From assembly GCA_043228905.1 (NCBI GenBank), contig JBHGNT010000005.1, positions 3,534,001 to 3,598,000 on the forward strand: DNA of 64,000 bases, written 5' to 3'. This document shows, in pieces, positions 1-12,489 of the stretch. Under the pieces are notes generated by a model. The model was not told where the DNA came from. It ran no database searches and saw nothing but the letters and a program-made list of their open reading frames with translations. The position numbers were made by a program, and so were the translations under genes. This DNA comes from Azolla caroliniana (Eukaryota > Plantae > Polypodiophyta). Position 1 is the first letter of the stretch, and every line of letters starts with the position of its first letter.

Positions 1-8
1 AAGCGAGC

Positions 9-3000
9 ATGTCTAATATATTGTCTGATGAATCGGTTCAAAATGATCAAGAAGGTGTCCCAGATCAAATTATGTGCAATGGCTCGGCTACGGAAATTGA
101 TCAGCCTGCTGCACAAACAGGTTCTCGCCATAGCCGAGCTCACGCCAAGCACGGGCTTTCATCTTCTTCTTCTTCTTGCAGTTTTTTCTGCATCAAGGGG
201 ATGAAGATCAACAGCAAATTAGCATTTGGACTCACCTTCATTCAGTTCATCTTTGCGCTCTATGCAACTTACCTTCTTTACTTTATGAGCCCCAACACCA
301 TAGCTAGCTCTTTTCTGCACAAAGCTGGAGCTTCCATGGAAGCTTTACCGTCCTTTTCTCCTTCTTCATGGACTTCTCACATCACGAGGCGGTGGCACCA
401 GCTTCTTTATCATTCGAAATACGATTACTATAACGGCCATCTAATATCTCCTTATTATAATACAGGAGGCAATGCTAGCATCAACCCTATGGCAGTTCTG
501 TGCGAGCAAGAAAGGATTGATTTTGAACAGAAGCGGTCTAAAGACATAGAGATGGTGAAGATAAAGCAAGGATTATTTGCAGAGATTCTAAAATTTCAAG
601 GGCAAAGCAGAGGTTCATGCGAGACACTGCAAGAGCTGTTAGCTTTACCATCAAGATGGGCATCATCAAAAAACAAGGATATAACATCAGAGAAGGAGAA
701 GGAGAAGAAAATAAAACAATCATGGCCTAAGGTCGCGGTGATTCTCAACCATTACAGAAGAAGAACCTTATGTGCACAGATAGAAGCACTTCTTCAACAA
801 ACCCTCCCATTCCACACACTGTGGGTCATGGCCTTTGGCCTGGCTTCAGACAAACCCAAGTTCAGGCACATTGTTGAGAGCTTCAATGACTCTAGAATAA
901 GCTTCATTAGCTCTAACTATGATTTCAAATACTATGGCAGATTCCAACTAGCCTTACAAACTAATGAAGCTGATTATGTTTACCTGCTCGATGATGACAT
1001 GATACCTGGGGCTCGGGTACTAGAAATATTTACACATGTAGCCGGTACGAGTAAGTATGGGAATGCACTGCTAGGTAGCATTGGCCGGATCCTTCCTTTC
1101 AAACAAGAAGATGGTAGCTTCCCGAGCTACCGGAAGTTCCACTCCCGAGAAGCGGGTTTATATGTGCCAGACCCTGCGTATGGCATTGTCGTGGATCGGA
1201 TGATTCAAGTCGATTTCCTGTCGAGCTCCTGGTTCCTGTCGGCTGAGCTCGTCAAGACCATGCTGATGGAAACCCCTTTTACATTCTCTACCGGAGAAGA
1301 CTTGCATCTAAGGTAGGTACTTAAGTATTTAATGTCCTCAACCCTAACTAATGAGAGTTTGCTAGATAAAGTTAGGGTAGGGTTTGAATTTGACAGTATC
1401 TGCATTTGTGCTCACAGCTTAAGTAGTTAGAAAATTTCACCGCTATGATTAGAACCTGGCACTGTATGGTTTTGTAGGAGAGACGGAGTATACCTGGCAG
1501 GCACATGTAGCTAGGTTTGCTCTGCCAGAAAAACATTATGTCGAAAACTTAGGTGTATACTCTGCCCGAAAAACACTATGTCGAAAAACTTCTGACATTG
1601 GATTTATGTTACATCTAAAAGCTTATGACGGTTTCTGCTTCGTTATAGTGAATATATGGATAGTGGGCTCTTTTTGCCACGATTACTGTTTTGTGATTCA
1701 TTAATCTATGGTGTGAAAGTGTGGTCTTTATCTATCAAATTGATAAAGAAGTCTAAACGTTTCTGTGATTTCTTATCCATGGATCATGAGTCTCCATGAA
1801 GGGAGGGACACATTCCTTCAGGATAACTGGGTTCTTTGTCTCACTGTGGCAAAAAATATGTCTACGACTTCATCTGGTTTCTGGTTCATAGGTTCATCAT
1901 TGGAGGTTTCTATCTGTTTCTCACAGTCCGATGATATTTCTCTGCAGTTACCAGTTGCAGAAATACCGAGACGTGGGCTCATTCGTGCTCCCTGTCGATC
2001 CGTTGGATAACACCACATGGGGAGATGGCGACCATCGATTAGCTTACATAGCTGAAGCGACGGCCATCCACAAGGATGTGATTCGGATCCGAGACGAGCA
2101 ATGGTGGAGAACAGTAAAGAGAGGTTATGTCACACAATGGGCAGTTATGGAACCTCAGCAAACCACTGCGATCTTCTATGCCCACACCTTGGATGATGCT
2201 AATGCCCTGTCTCCCCTCTTGCGCAAATTCAAATCCACCGCAGGAAAGACGGCTCTATTGGTGCTAAGTGGAGACAAAGGTTGTTCTTGTGAGACCGCAG
2301 CATTGAAACTAGGGCTTGGAGCAGCTGTTTGTAACGAGAGGAGGTTTAGCATTCTCGATTTGGGCATCAATTCGATCGCAAATACTACCGGGAAATCCAA
2401 CTTTTCCGTCTACCAAGGGGTGTTCATGGGGATGAAAGGTGTATTGAGGATCCATTCTCCCACACTTCTCATCAGTGTCGCGGGTATGGAAGCTTCGGTA
2501 AAGTTGGCATTACAAGAAGCTGCAAAGCAAGCCAGCATTTCGAACCGCTCAAGTCTCATAGGAAGAAATATCTCGAAGGACATTGCGGTGATCGAACTTC
2601 CACAATCAGTCATTCCCCATGTTCTTTGGATGGCAGATGTGAGCAATGAAGCACTCAAGAGTAAGCACCATACCCGGTGTTTTCTTGATCTAGGGTGTTG
2701 TTATGAACGTTTATGAACGTAGGTATATGTATGATATTAAATGGCGTTACTTAAGACATCCATCAGCTATGGTCTAGACACAGACTTTAGACCCTTTTAT
2801 CAATGTTAAAGATCTGTTATACAGGAGGTAGACCCATTCCTATTTATTGTTTCGTGGTTTCTATGCACGGTGAAGTGAAGATATGAGCTAAACTGTGTTG
2901 AGATGCGTATTAGATGGGCCAAGATGGGCCTTGAATTGGCTGATATGTAGCTGGATGGGCCATAAAACTCTTAATCTTTAGAAGGCTAGTTTGTCATTAG

Positions 3001-4327
3001 GAGAGTGCTTTCCAATCCTTATGTTTATTAGGTTAATAATGTAATTAGGGGAATTTGATCCTAACTAGAAGCTTGTTGCTTTCTAATCCTTATGTTCATT
3101 AGGTTAATAATGTAATTAGGGGAGTTTGATCCTAACTAGAAGTTTGTTGCTTTCTACAGATTGGGCAAAGATGACCATCTCTATAAGTGTAATTACACAG
3201 AATCGACCGGCATCGTTGGTAAGGCTACTCTCCTCAATGGCATCGGCACATTATGTGGGTGACAACATCCCTCTATCATTCCATATCGATCGAAAGGTGG
3301 ACATACAAACATTAAGACTTGCAAACAACTTTGATTGGCCACATGGAAATAAGCTCTTGCATAGGAGGATCATACAAGGTGGACTTATCCGAGCAGTGAG
3401 TGAGAGTTGGTATCCCACATCTGACCATACTTTTGGTTTGTTGTTGGAGGATGATGTTGAGGTCTCACCCTTCTTCTATCTCTGGCTCAAATACACTTTA
3501 TTGGTGTACCATTACGACCCAAAGGTAATATTCATGTTGAACAAACGTCTTAATAGCTTAGGCATCTTTATATATATGTCTTGCAATGTAAACCTTTCTC
3601 TTCCAAGCGTCGTGAACATGAAGATCTTGTATTTGACAAGGCATTAATCTTGTGACATAATTTCAAGGTCTCTTTACCTGAGCTCAATGCCATCGCACTA
3701 TACACACCTCGAATCATTGAGGTGGTGAAAGAGAGGCCCCGTTGGAATGCTACTAAGGCATTCTCGCATATCCACCCACATACACCCTATCTACACCAAC
3801 TCCCTTGTAGTTGGGGAGCTCTATTCTTTCCCAAGCATTGGCGTGAGTTCTTCATGTATATGGGCCAACGATACACACAAAACGCAAAGAACAACACGGT
3901 TCAAATCCCGCATTCGCGAACAAATGGATGGCAAGCATCGTGGAAGAAGTTTTTGATCGATATGATGTATTTGAGGGGGTATGTGACGCTATACCCTAAC
4001 TTTGGCCCCAATCAACCAAGCTTTTCCACCAATCATATGGAGCCTGGGGTTCATGTGAACTCAGTGCAAAACACGTTGCAACATCGAGCTGAGGATTATG
4101 AGGTTCCTTTACTAGAGCGTGATTTTAGAGAGCTTCTTCCGAATGGAAAGCTTCCCATGCCACAACAACTTCCTGTCATCGATCTTTTTAATCGGCCGGC
4201 CACTTTAGGTGGCCTAAGGGTAGCTGGGGCCTCATTGCGCCAAGATGTCCTCCCATGTGAACCCAACCAAACTGTCATCGTGGATGATGTCACCGGGATG
4301 CCCTTGAGTTGCTCATCAATATCATGA
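9..4327 (+). CDS. Glycosyltransferase family 2 protein (At5g60700-like type II membrane GT), 4 exons
   Basis: Exons 9-1312, 1948-2660, 3160-3524 and 3668-4327 join in frame at GT..AG sites (HLS|YQLQ, LKN|W, DPK|VSLPEL). Has an N-terminal TM (FGLTFIQFIFALYATYLLYF), acidic motifs YLLDDDMIPG and LLLEDDVEVSP, and conserved TGEDLHLSY and PYLHQLPCSWG. Confidence 0.9.
3005..3156. repeat. ~70 bp tandem duplication at the 3' end of GT2 intron 2
   Basis: Two near-identical copies of aatccttatgtt.attaggttaataatgtaattagggga.tttgatcctaactagaag.ttgttgctttct. Confidence 0.85.
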
Positions 4328-5702
4328 TGAAGTATTCTTTCAACAAACACTCTTCTTCTTCTAGAACTAATCAAATTGCATTGAATGGACCAATTTTCAA
4401 CTTCAACTTGCTATTTTACAAGAAAAACATAGAAGCTTAGACTTCCCATTGAAAAAAGCAAATGTTATGTAGGAGTCCTTAGTTCCTTTCATTGCCACAT
4501 ACTCGATTTACTTGAACTCTTTTTTGTTTCCCACCATGTAATTGTGATGTAAAGCTCCCTTTCAAATATGTCATGACTCCTAATGCAAAAATTTCAGGAA
4601 AACAAATGATAAAATTGTTAGCATTTTATCTTTTTATTAAGAACTCTAAAATAGTTGTGTCTTGAGATAGTGAGAAAGAAAGAAAGAAAGAAAGATATAT
4701 TATCGTATTCTAAGGCTAAAATTGGTCCATGAGACAATTGGTTTACAACAAAAATGGGGTATTTACCCATTCATCGAAAGTAAAAAAAAAAGAAAAGAAC
4801 TTAAGCTAATATATACACAAGTTTTACAAGAATAGATTGTTAGTTTATCCTTGTGTGTGGACACATATGGATTCATGCTTCTAAATAGGAGATCTAGGGT
4901 AGACCCTCCCATGGTTCAACATTGGCTTCACTAGGTATTTTCCATATACAAATCAAACCTTCTCTCTCAACTTGTGAGGTGGAACAAAGAGAATCAATCT
5001 ATTATCACCAATTCGACTCTACACATCTCTCTCTTATTGTCCACAAGGTGGGGATCATAATGAGGTCATGAAGTATATTTGGAAGGTTGGTTGAGGCATT
5101 TTAGGAATTCGCTTTGAAAATAAAGAATGGGTATATTGGAGAAACTCTCCACCATTTGAAAGGTCCCACTATTGCATGTTCGCTCCCACTAACTATTTCA
5201 TAGTATCATGGAGTTAAAGAAGTGGGATCAAAAGCAAGAAAGGCTTCATTTTGTTCATTGTTGTTCCAACATAACAATAACCAAAAGCTACATGATTCTT
5301 GTTATTATCATCTTAAATGTAAAAGCTGGATATAGTGGAGGGGTAAGACAAGAGGATTGCAAACCCTTGATTGGCCCATTCGAGATCTATCAAGTTCCAA
5401 AGCATTAGATTCAGGGTGTCCAATACAAACATACACATTTATATGATAAAAGACTAAAAAACCAAAAACCAAAAGTTTGTATGCGTATAATGGTTTGTCT
5501 CATGTCTGAGTGGAAAGCTAGAAACAATAAAATACATAATGGATTGAGCAAAAAGCAAAAAACAGAAGAAAAGACATTGAACCTAGTCAAGCCAATAAGA
5601 AGAAGGAACATAGAACATACACAAACAGAATATCTATAAAGAATAACATAAACTAGGAGCTAAACAGAGCCAAATCTGAGAGAGGGAGAGAGAGATTAAA
5701 CC

Positions 5703-7808
5703 ATGGTTGCAACTGTAGGTCTTGTTGCTGTTCCTTCACAGTTTACCATCGGCCAGATACCAGAGCAAAAGACTGTAAATGGTCGCTCTTTCCCTTTGGT
5801 AATAAACCCTAACCCTAATTTTACTAACAATAATCAAAATCCTACTATCCCTAGCCCTAATAAAAACCCTGATAATCCTAACCCTAACCCTAGCATAGGA
5901 GCAGTAGTTCGTGCTTTGGTTGAGAACAGAGACTGGGTGGAGACAAAGCTCGCTGAGCATGGAGCCCTTCTTCTTCGAGGTTTCTCGGCCATCGAGAAGG
6001 CATCAGATTTCAATGCTGTGGTGGAGGCTTGCAATTGGCCAGAGCTCCCATACGTGGGTGGGGCTGCCCCACGTACGAATGTGGTCGGGCGGGTTTTCAC
6101 ATCTAATGAATCGCCCCCCGATCAGAAAATCCCCTTTCATCATGAGATGGCCCAGGTCTGCTCGTTAATTGATGATTCAGATCGTTTCTTTTACATTTTT
6201 CCTTTGTCGGTGTTTACTAATGGCTGAATTGTGAGGCGGGGAGGGATCACGATCAATTAAGATGCTAATTTTGATGATCTCATAATTTATTTGTTTGTGT
6301 TTCGATGTTGTTTTTGTTGTAATGGCTGAATTGTGAGGCGTGGAGGGAACATGGTCAATTAAGATGCTAATTTTGATGATCTCATAATTTATTTGTTTGT
6401 GTTTCGATGTTGTTTCCGTTGTAATGGCCGAATCCAAGGGAAGGATTGTGATGGATTAGTTTCTAATCTTTATGATTTCATATTTGTTTGTTTTTTCGGG
6501 GAGTAATTTGTTTGTTGCTCTGACTGAGTTGCTGGAAGGGATTGTGATTGGTTAGGTTTCAGATTCTGATGGTTTGATATAATTTTGTTTTTGTTAATGA
6601 TGAAGTCATGGGGGGGAATTGTGATCGGGTATAGTTCCTTATTTTGTCATAATTCAATGACTTCTATTTTATTTTGTTATGAATAAATGATAGCTCTTGC
6701 CAATCTGCTAATTAATCTGTGGCAGGAAGTGGTGATATGATAAATGACTTTGAACTTTGTGAATGTGGACATGTGATTTTTGTGGGTTTTTAAACTTTCT
6801 TGTAGATAGTAACTATGCCATTGTCATACATATATTCATATGCATTGGAAGTGACTTGGTTCATTTTTATCCACTTTGCAGGTACCGGAGTTTCCATCAA
6901 AGATATTCTTCTTTTGTGAGGTAAAGCCGGCGAAAGGCGGGGAAACGCCCATTGTGTTAAGCCATTCAGTCTATTCACGGATGCATAGTGCATATCCGGA
7001 TTTTGTCGAAAAACTAGAAAAGCATGGACTATTTTACATTCGGATCATGGGCGAGGGCGATGATCCTTCCTCACCTATTGGTAGGGGATGGCAATCTACT
7101 TTCCTGACAAAGGACAAGAGTGAAGCAGAAAAGAGGTCAGGAATGCAGTTCTTATCTTCCTTCTTCTTTCTTAATCAATTTACCATGACTTAGCTGTGTA
7201 TTTATCTTGCTTGGCATGTTGAACCCTATACATGACATGTGCTGAAGGAATATTTGAAAAAAATCATGTACATGTCTCGATTTTTTCGTGCATAAAAAGC
7301 ACAAGAAAAACCCCTATGATTGAACCGAAGACTGGACACACTTTTCATGTGCTAAGAAAAAGGCCTCTTAAATGACACTTTCATAAAAATAAAGATGTAC
7401 GTAATTTGATGCGATCTTATTGTTAAATCAAAATGCATGTGCAGAGCAGCAAAGCTTGGTATGAAGTTAGAATGGCTTGGGAATGGGAATGTGAAGACCA
7501 TATCGGGTCCATTGCCAGCCATCAAATTAGATGAGAAAAGAGGGCAAAAGGTGTGGTTTAACAGCATGGTGGCAGCCTATACCGGATGGGATGATGTTCG
7601 AAATGATCCTAAGAGAGCGGTCATTCTGGGTGATGGGTCCCTTCTACCAGAGGAAGCAATCCTTGGTTGTCTTTCTATCCTTCATGAGGAGAGTGTAGCT
7701 ATTCCATGGCAACCTGGTGATGTTTTTATATTGGATAACATTGCAGTTCAGCATGCAAGGACATCTTTCGAACCCCCTCGACGTGTTCTTGCTTCTTTGT
7801 GCAAGTGA
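5703..7808 (+). CDS. Clavaminate synthase-like protein (At3g21360-like TauD/TfdA Fe(II)/2OG dioxygenase), 3 exons
   Basis: Exons 5703-6155, 6882-7135 and 7445-7808. Motifs: HGALLLRGF, YVGGAAPRTNV, FHHEMAQ (HxE iron ligands), GGETP, WQPGDVFILDNIAVQHAR (third His) and RRVLASL. Confidence 0.93.
6218..6432. repeat. ~102 bp tandem duplication in dioxygenase intron 1
   Basis: taatggctgaattgtgaggcg...tcaattaagatgctaattttgatgatctcataatttatttgtttgtgtttcgatgttg occurs twice. Confidence 0.9.
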
Positions 7809-10346
7809 AATCTAAAAAGATTTACACATTGTAAATGGTTCTTCTACATAGAGAAGCCAAACAAAAACATTACATAGAGAAGCAAAACAAAAACATAAAG
7901 AATCTCTGTATGGTTTTTACACGGTATAGTGTATTAGTTTTCTCCTTGTAGAGTGATGAAATAATGATGCAGACATTCTATCGGTTTTTACCAGAAAACA
8001 ATTGTCTATTGGTGTGAAGACTTTCCACTGGTAATTTCTAACTTTCTAATCTACAATGTAAACTTGTCAATGTATTCGCAAATTTGTAACATTGATTGAA
8101 AATAGGTTTTAACTTCAGAAAATCCCTCAAAATCTTCATAATGAATGTAAGAGGTTCTTGAATCTTGGCACCAACATGGCGCGTTCTGGCTTTTATCTTA
8201 TATATTGGTTTCTATGCTTCTCATTTCCTTATCGGTGGAATGACCTATCATGAAACTCTTTTCTTTATTATGTTAGACCTTTTCTTATGTGTATGCAAGT
8301 TTTTGTGTTTTATGTAAATTTTTCTATTGGAAGTATTAGAATGGAGAAAGTATTGAAAGACAAGTTCAAGAGAGAGAATTTACATAATGTCGGAGCTGTT
8401 GTCAACAAAATTAAGTAGAACAATACCAATTTCTCTTTTTATTCCCACAATATATGTAAGTTATTCAAAAGGTAAAAGCTAGACATGCTACTTAAGGCTC
8501 CTATTGATGATATGCTAATTGAACATGCAATACGGATTGCCATATACAACAAACTGTAGTATTATTTTGATTGCAGTTGTGTAATCCAACACATTGAAAG
8601 GAATTATTTTGGACGCACCCAACCATGGATTATCATTCCTTTTTTGCTTCAAGCATGAGGAATGATTGCATTATCATAACTATTTTGTTTCAAGCAAGAG
8701 GGATAATCACTTTCATCCAAATTGGTGGTCTCACATTAGAGAAAGACGCATGCATACAACACGTGCATATTTTTCTCTAATCAAGAGCTTGAGGATGATG
8801 AGCATGTTCCAATATGATTTGTAACATTCTCCTTTCATCAGACAATGGTTCCCACCATAATGTGCAAACCATACTCATTTTGTTCAAGATGTACATATCC
8901 ACCCATTGAAAACCTTTTCTTAGGAACATATTTGCTCTCTACTTAACCAAAAGACCACATCGAGAAAAATGCAAGAATCGCATGCCTTTTGGGATATGCT
9001 TTCTAGGGGGCTTCATAAATCGTGCTACTAGCATTCAAGGATGATAATACATCATTGTCATATTTCTCTCTTTACCATAGATTGCAATTGTCTCGCATGG
9101 ATGTGAATTAGTTATTTATCTATCTCACTCTGCTTGGTAGTGTAATTGAATAAGTGATCATGCTATTAGATTCTCTCTTATGTTGCATATAGAGAGAAGG
9201 GAACTTTGGGAAATTTGTGAAACTTTAACCATTAAATTGGCTCTATATTTGATGTGATGAGTAATGATTTCATAGTTGCACCCATCTTAAATATGTTGAA
9301 AATGAAGGTTAGCTAGAAGTGAGAAGGTAGGCCAAATAAGAGGCAAGGAAATGGACCATTCTCCAAGTAGTCATGGTGTGTCCCTTACAAGATTTATGTG
9401 TTGATCTTGCATGATGTCTTTGGTTTTGGTTAGAAGAGTACAATAATTCTCCATTGTCTCACATATTGTGAGTTAACCACTATACACCTACCTACATTTT
9501 TAGTAACTTTTTACTACTACACTACACCTTTATGTTAATTTTGCATGATGTCTTACCCCAATTTTACATTTATCCTATTCTGCAATCACATCTTTCACTT
9601 ACACTCCATTAGGCATATTCCCCTTTTATGTTTGAGTTTCACGTTTGTTGGCACCAAAGAAGAATAATGCTTTTTTAAAAGGGATTGAGTTGAAGGCATT
9701 ATGTTGTGCCCCCCCATAAAAAAGGCCACATGACTAAAATCATATTCTAATAGTTTACAAAATGGATTTCGTGGAAGAATGTCTGTCCAAAATATGTTAT
9801 AGAGAAATTGGGGTGGGGTATGTATATCCACTTTATGACGTGTGACATAACCAACAAGTTTTTTCTTTTATTTAGCATATGATAGGCAAGACGCGAATAC
9901 GTGGTCAATAGTAAATACGTTGTGACGATGCCCTCATGGCTAATTGAAAGATGCTTGTCTCCTTGACAAATTTGATAAATCAAGATATTGGATTTCGATT
10001 TGTTGTGCAGGTGTCCAACTTGAAAAACTAAAAGACACTTGCGTCATTCATACATTTGATAGGTCAAGATATATGTCAAATATGGATATAATAAAATTCG
10101 ACCATCTAGCGGTTATAGTTATAAATGGGTGACACATTTTACAACTACCGGCCAAACAAAAAGGTTCGAGCTTTTCTCAAGCCTAAAGAAGTTTCGCATC
10201 TATCTTATCCTATTTGAGCTATGGCAATATCATTCAACTCGGACCGCGTTAAGCTAATGAAAAATTATATACAAATTACAATTGTGTGCGCACAGAGGCG
10301 GGTGTGTGTCTCGGGGGGGGGGGGGGGGAATAATAATGACTGGACT

Positions 10347-10456
10347 CCACGTGTCCCTTCAGGCCGCCAACGAGGGCCTGACGCGTGTCTTCGAGTTGGC
10401 CAATCAGGGATTGACACGCAAAAGGAGGAATGGCCAACGAGAACGGAACACGTGTC
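10347..10456 (+). promoter_or_regulatory. Cluster of ERSE-like (CCAAY-N10-CRCG) and G-box/ABRE elements
   Basis: CCACGTGTC 10347-10355; CCAAC-N10-CGCGTGTC 10367-10389; CCAAT-N10-CACG 10400-10418 (exact plant ERSE-I); CCAAC-N10-CACGTGTC 10434-10456. A telo-box AAACCCTAA lies downstream at ~10774. Confidence 0.6.
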
Positions 10457-12489
10457 ATGATCCTTCGGCCGGGCCCTATGTTCCCGCGGCCCGCCCTCCC
10501 CCCCTACTCGCTGAGCTTTTCTGCACGAGGCAAACGCTGTTTCCTTGCTTTTTGCTTTTTCCTGTTTCGCCATCGCTGTGAAGGCGATCGAAGAGATAGA
10601 GAGGGTCCATCCCTGCAAACACGCACTATTCTTGCGTCCTTTCTTAGGTCTGCTCAACCCTGCTCCACAGGCACAATCTCTCTGTCCTCCTCTCTCCCAT
10701 TCTTTGGCTGCAACACTTTCCCTTTCCTCCATATCCTGCTCTTTCAGATCTTCCTTATCAACAGCTCCTCCTTAAACCCTAAAGTTTTGTTCTTCCTCCC
10801 GGACCTTGATCGACATAGTATACCATTGCTTTCCATTTGTAAGTTGTCGTTTTTGTTTTTGACACGAACAGAACATTGGCATTCCCCCATCGCCAGATCA
10901 TGCCATCAGTATTCGATGATCCTTTGTTTGTTTACACAGGAATTCCTTGTACGTCAAGAATATCGATCCTTCGTTTGCCCTCATAGGTTAAATTTCTCTT
11001 CGACGAAGCCCGCCTTGTTCATCAAGAAACTTTCTCGAGATTCTGCTGAACTTCGTTTATCAGGTATGTCCCTTTTTCCATTCTCCACTTCTTAATGACC
11101 GCGTTTTGCACGAACAAAATATTTCCAGTGCTTCTTCACGAGATCGCTACACCACAACACGAACATCGAGAATCCTTTGTATTTTACACAGGTTTAAACT
11201 TTCTTTCTTCATCAGGCCTTCGTTTTAGATCATGAAGAATATTTCTTGATAGCTAGCACCTTTTTTTATCTTCATTCACTAGTTAGAGTCTCTCTTGTCA
11301 TTTTGACCTTTCTGAATGCTTGTGATTTATTCGAACAGACCATAGTCCTTCGCACGATCAGTCCATGAATATTGATGATCCTTTGTTTATTTACACAGGA
11401 GTCGAGAAGCTTGCTTCTCTCCATTCTCTCTGGTTTGCATTTACCATGTGGATCTATTTTGCCACTTTCTCTTCTTAATGTCTGTTTTGAATGAATCCAT
11501 CTCTTGATCGTTTGATAGATCCATAATTCTTAGCCATCACTGATCATTTCATGACTCCTGATCATTTTATGGTCATCTAATTCTTTGTTTTGGCGAAGGA
11601 AAATCTTCCTGTTATCGTTACGTGGTCTTTGCAAAAACGAGGGCCATCATTTATCTTTGCATCTTTCCCTCCCCCCTCAGATTCCTTCACGAGATTATTT
11701 CCATGAATCAATGTCAAATTTTCTGGGCCGTAATACGCCACAATTGCAGAAATTGAAAATGTGATCACAGAAAATGAGGGCCCTTGGTCATCTTTGAGTT
11801 TTCTTCCCTAATATTTGGATTTCTCTTCCATGACATCAATTAAGGAATCAAAGATCCTGTGTTTTCACAAGGAGGAAAATTTATTTTTATTGAGAGCCAT
11901 CAGTCAAGTCTACATTTTCCTACACCTTTGTATAGAGGTTTCTCTTCGACTGATCATGTGATATGTTTTCTGTTTTGTTCCATGCCATTTTCCAAAGTAA
12001 GATCGGGTACATCTTCTGATGGATAATCGATCCTCCTCTGTTTTCACTGGAAAAATCCTCTTTATATGCTATCTATCTGAATTCACTTGCTCGCGATATT
12101 CTAGCTGTACAAATGAAGGCCATCACTTTTGCAATCTTTCCCTCCTAATATTCGGATTTCTCCCGTCAGGTTATTTGATGAATCAATGATCCTTTGACTA
12201 CACAGTATATATCTTCCTTTTTCGGAGATCAATTATTAATGAAATAATTTATCTTTTTGCTACCATAGGGAAAATTTTCTCTATCATCTATCTGCAATTT
12301 GCACGAAGCTTTCCTTATATTGGGATTTCTCCTCTGTCAAGTTATTTCATGAATCGATGTTCCATTGTTCCCACAGTATACATCTTCCTTGTAATTTATA
12401 TTCCTCCTTTTCTTAGATTAATGAATAAATATATGATCTTTTGCTTCCACAGGGAAAAAAATTCAATTATTTGTTTGCAAATTGCAAGA

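Noticed and set aside
8400-9900. Possible highly decayed retroelement pol sequence (MPFG-like word); similar traces at 20800-21500, 30500-32400 and 50200-50700
   Set aside because: Too degenerate to assign a family or boundaries by eye.
9880-10210. Weak inverted repeat gataggcaagacgcgaa / ttcgcatctatcttatc
   Set aside because: Only about 13/17 identity and no TSD; insufficient to call a TIR element.
10572-10588. Small hairpin ATCGC-TGTGAAG-GCGAT downstream of the ERSE cluster as a possible IRE1 site
   Set aside because: The loop does not match the CNGNNG consensus and no second hairpin is evident.
10265-11095. Overlapping ORFs of 155 aa (-) and 221 aa (+) in the GC-rich block
   Set aside because: No recognisable domains; they run across promoter motifs, CT-rich leader sequence and apparent introns, so they are likely by-products of local GC content.
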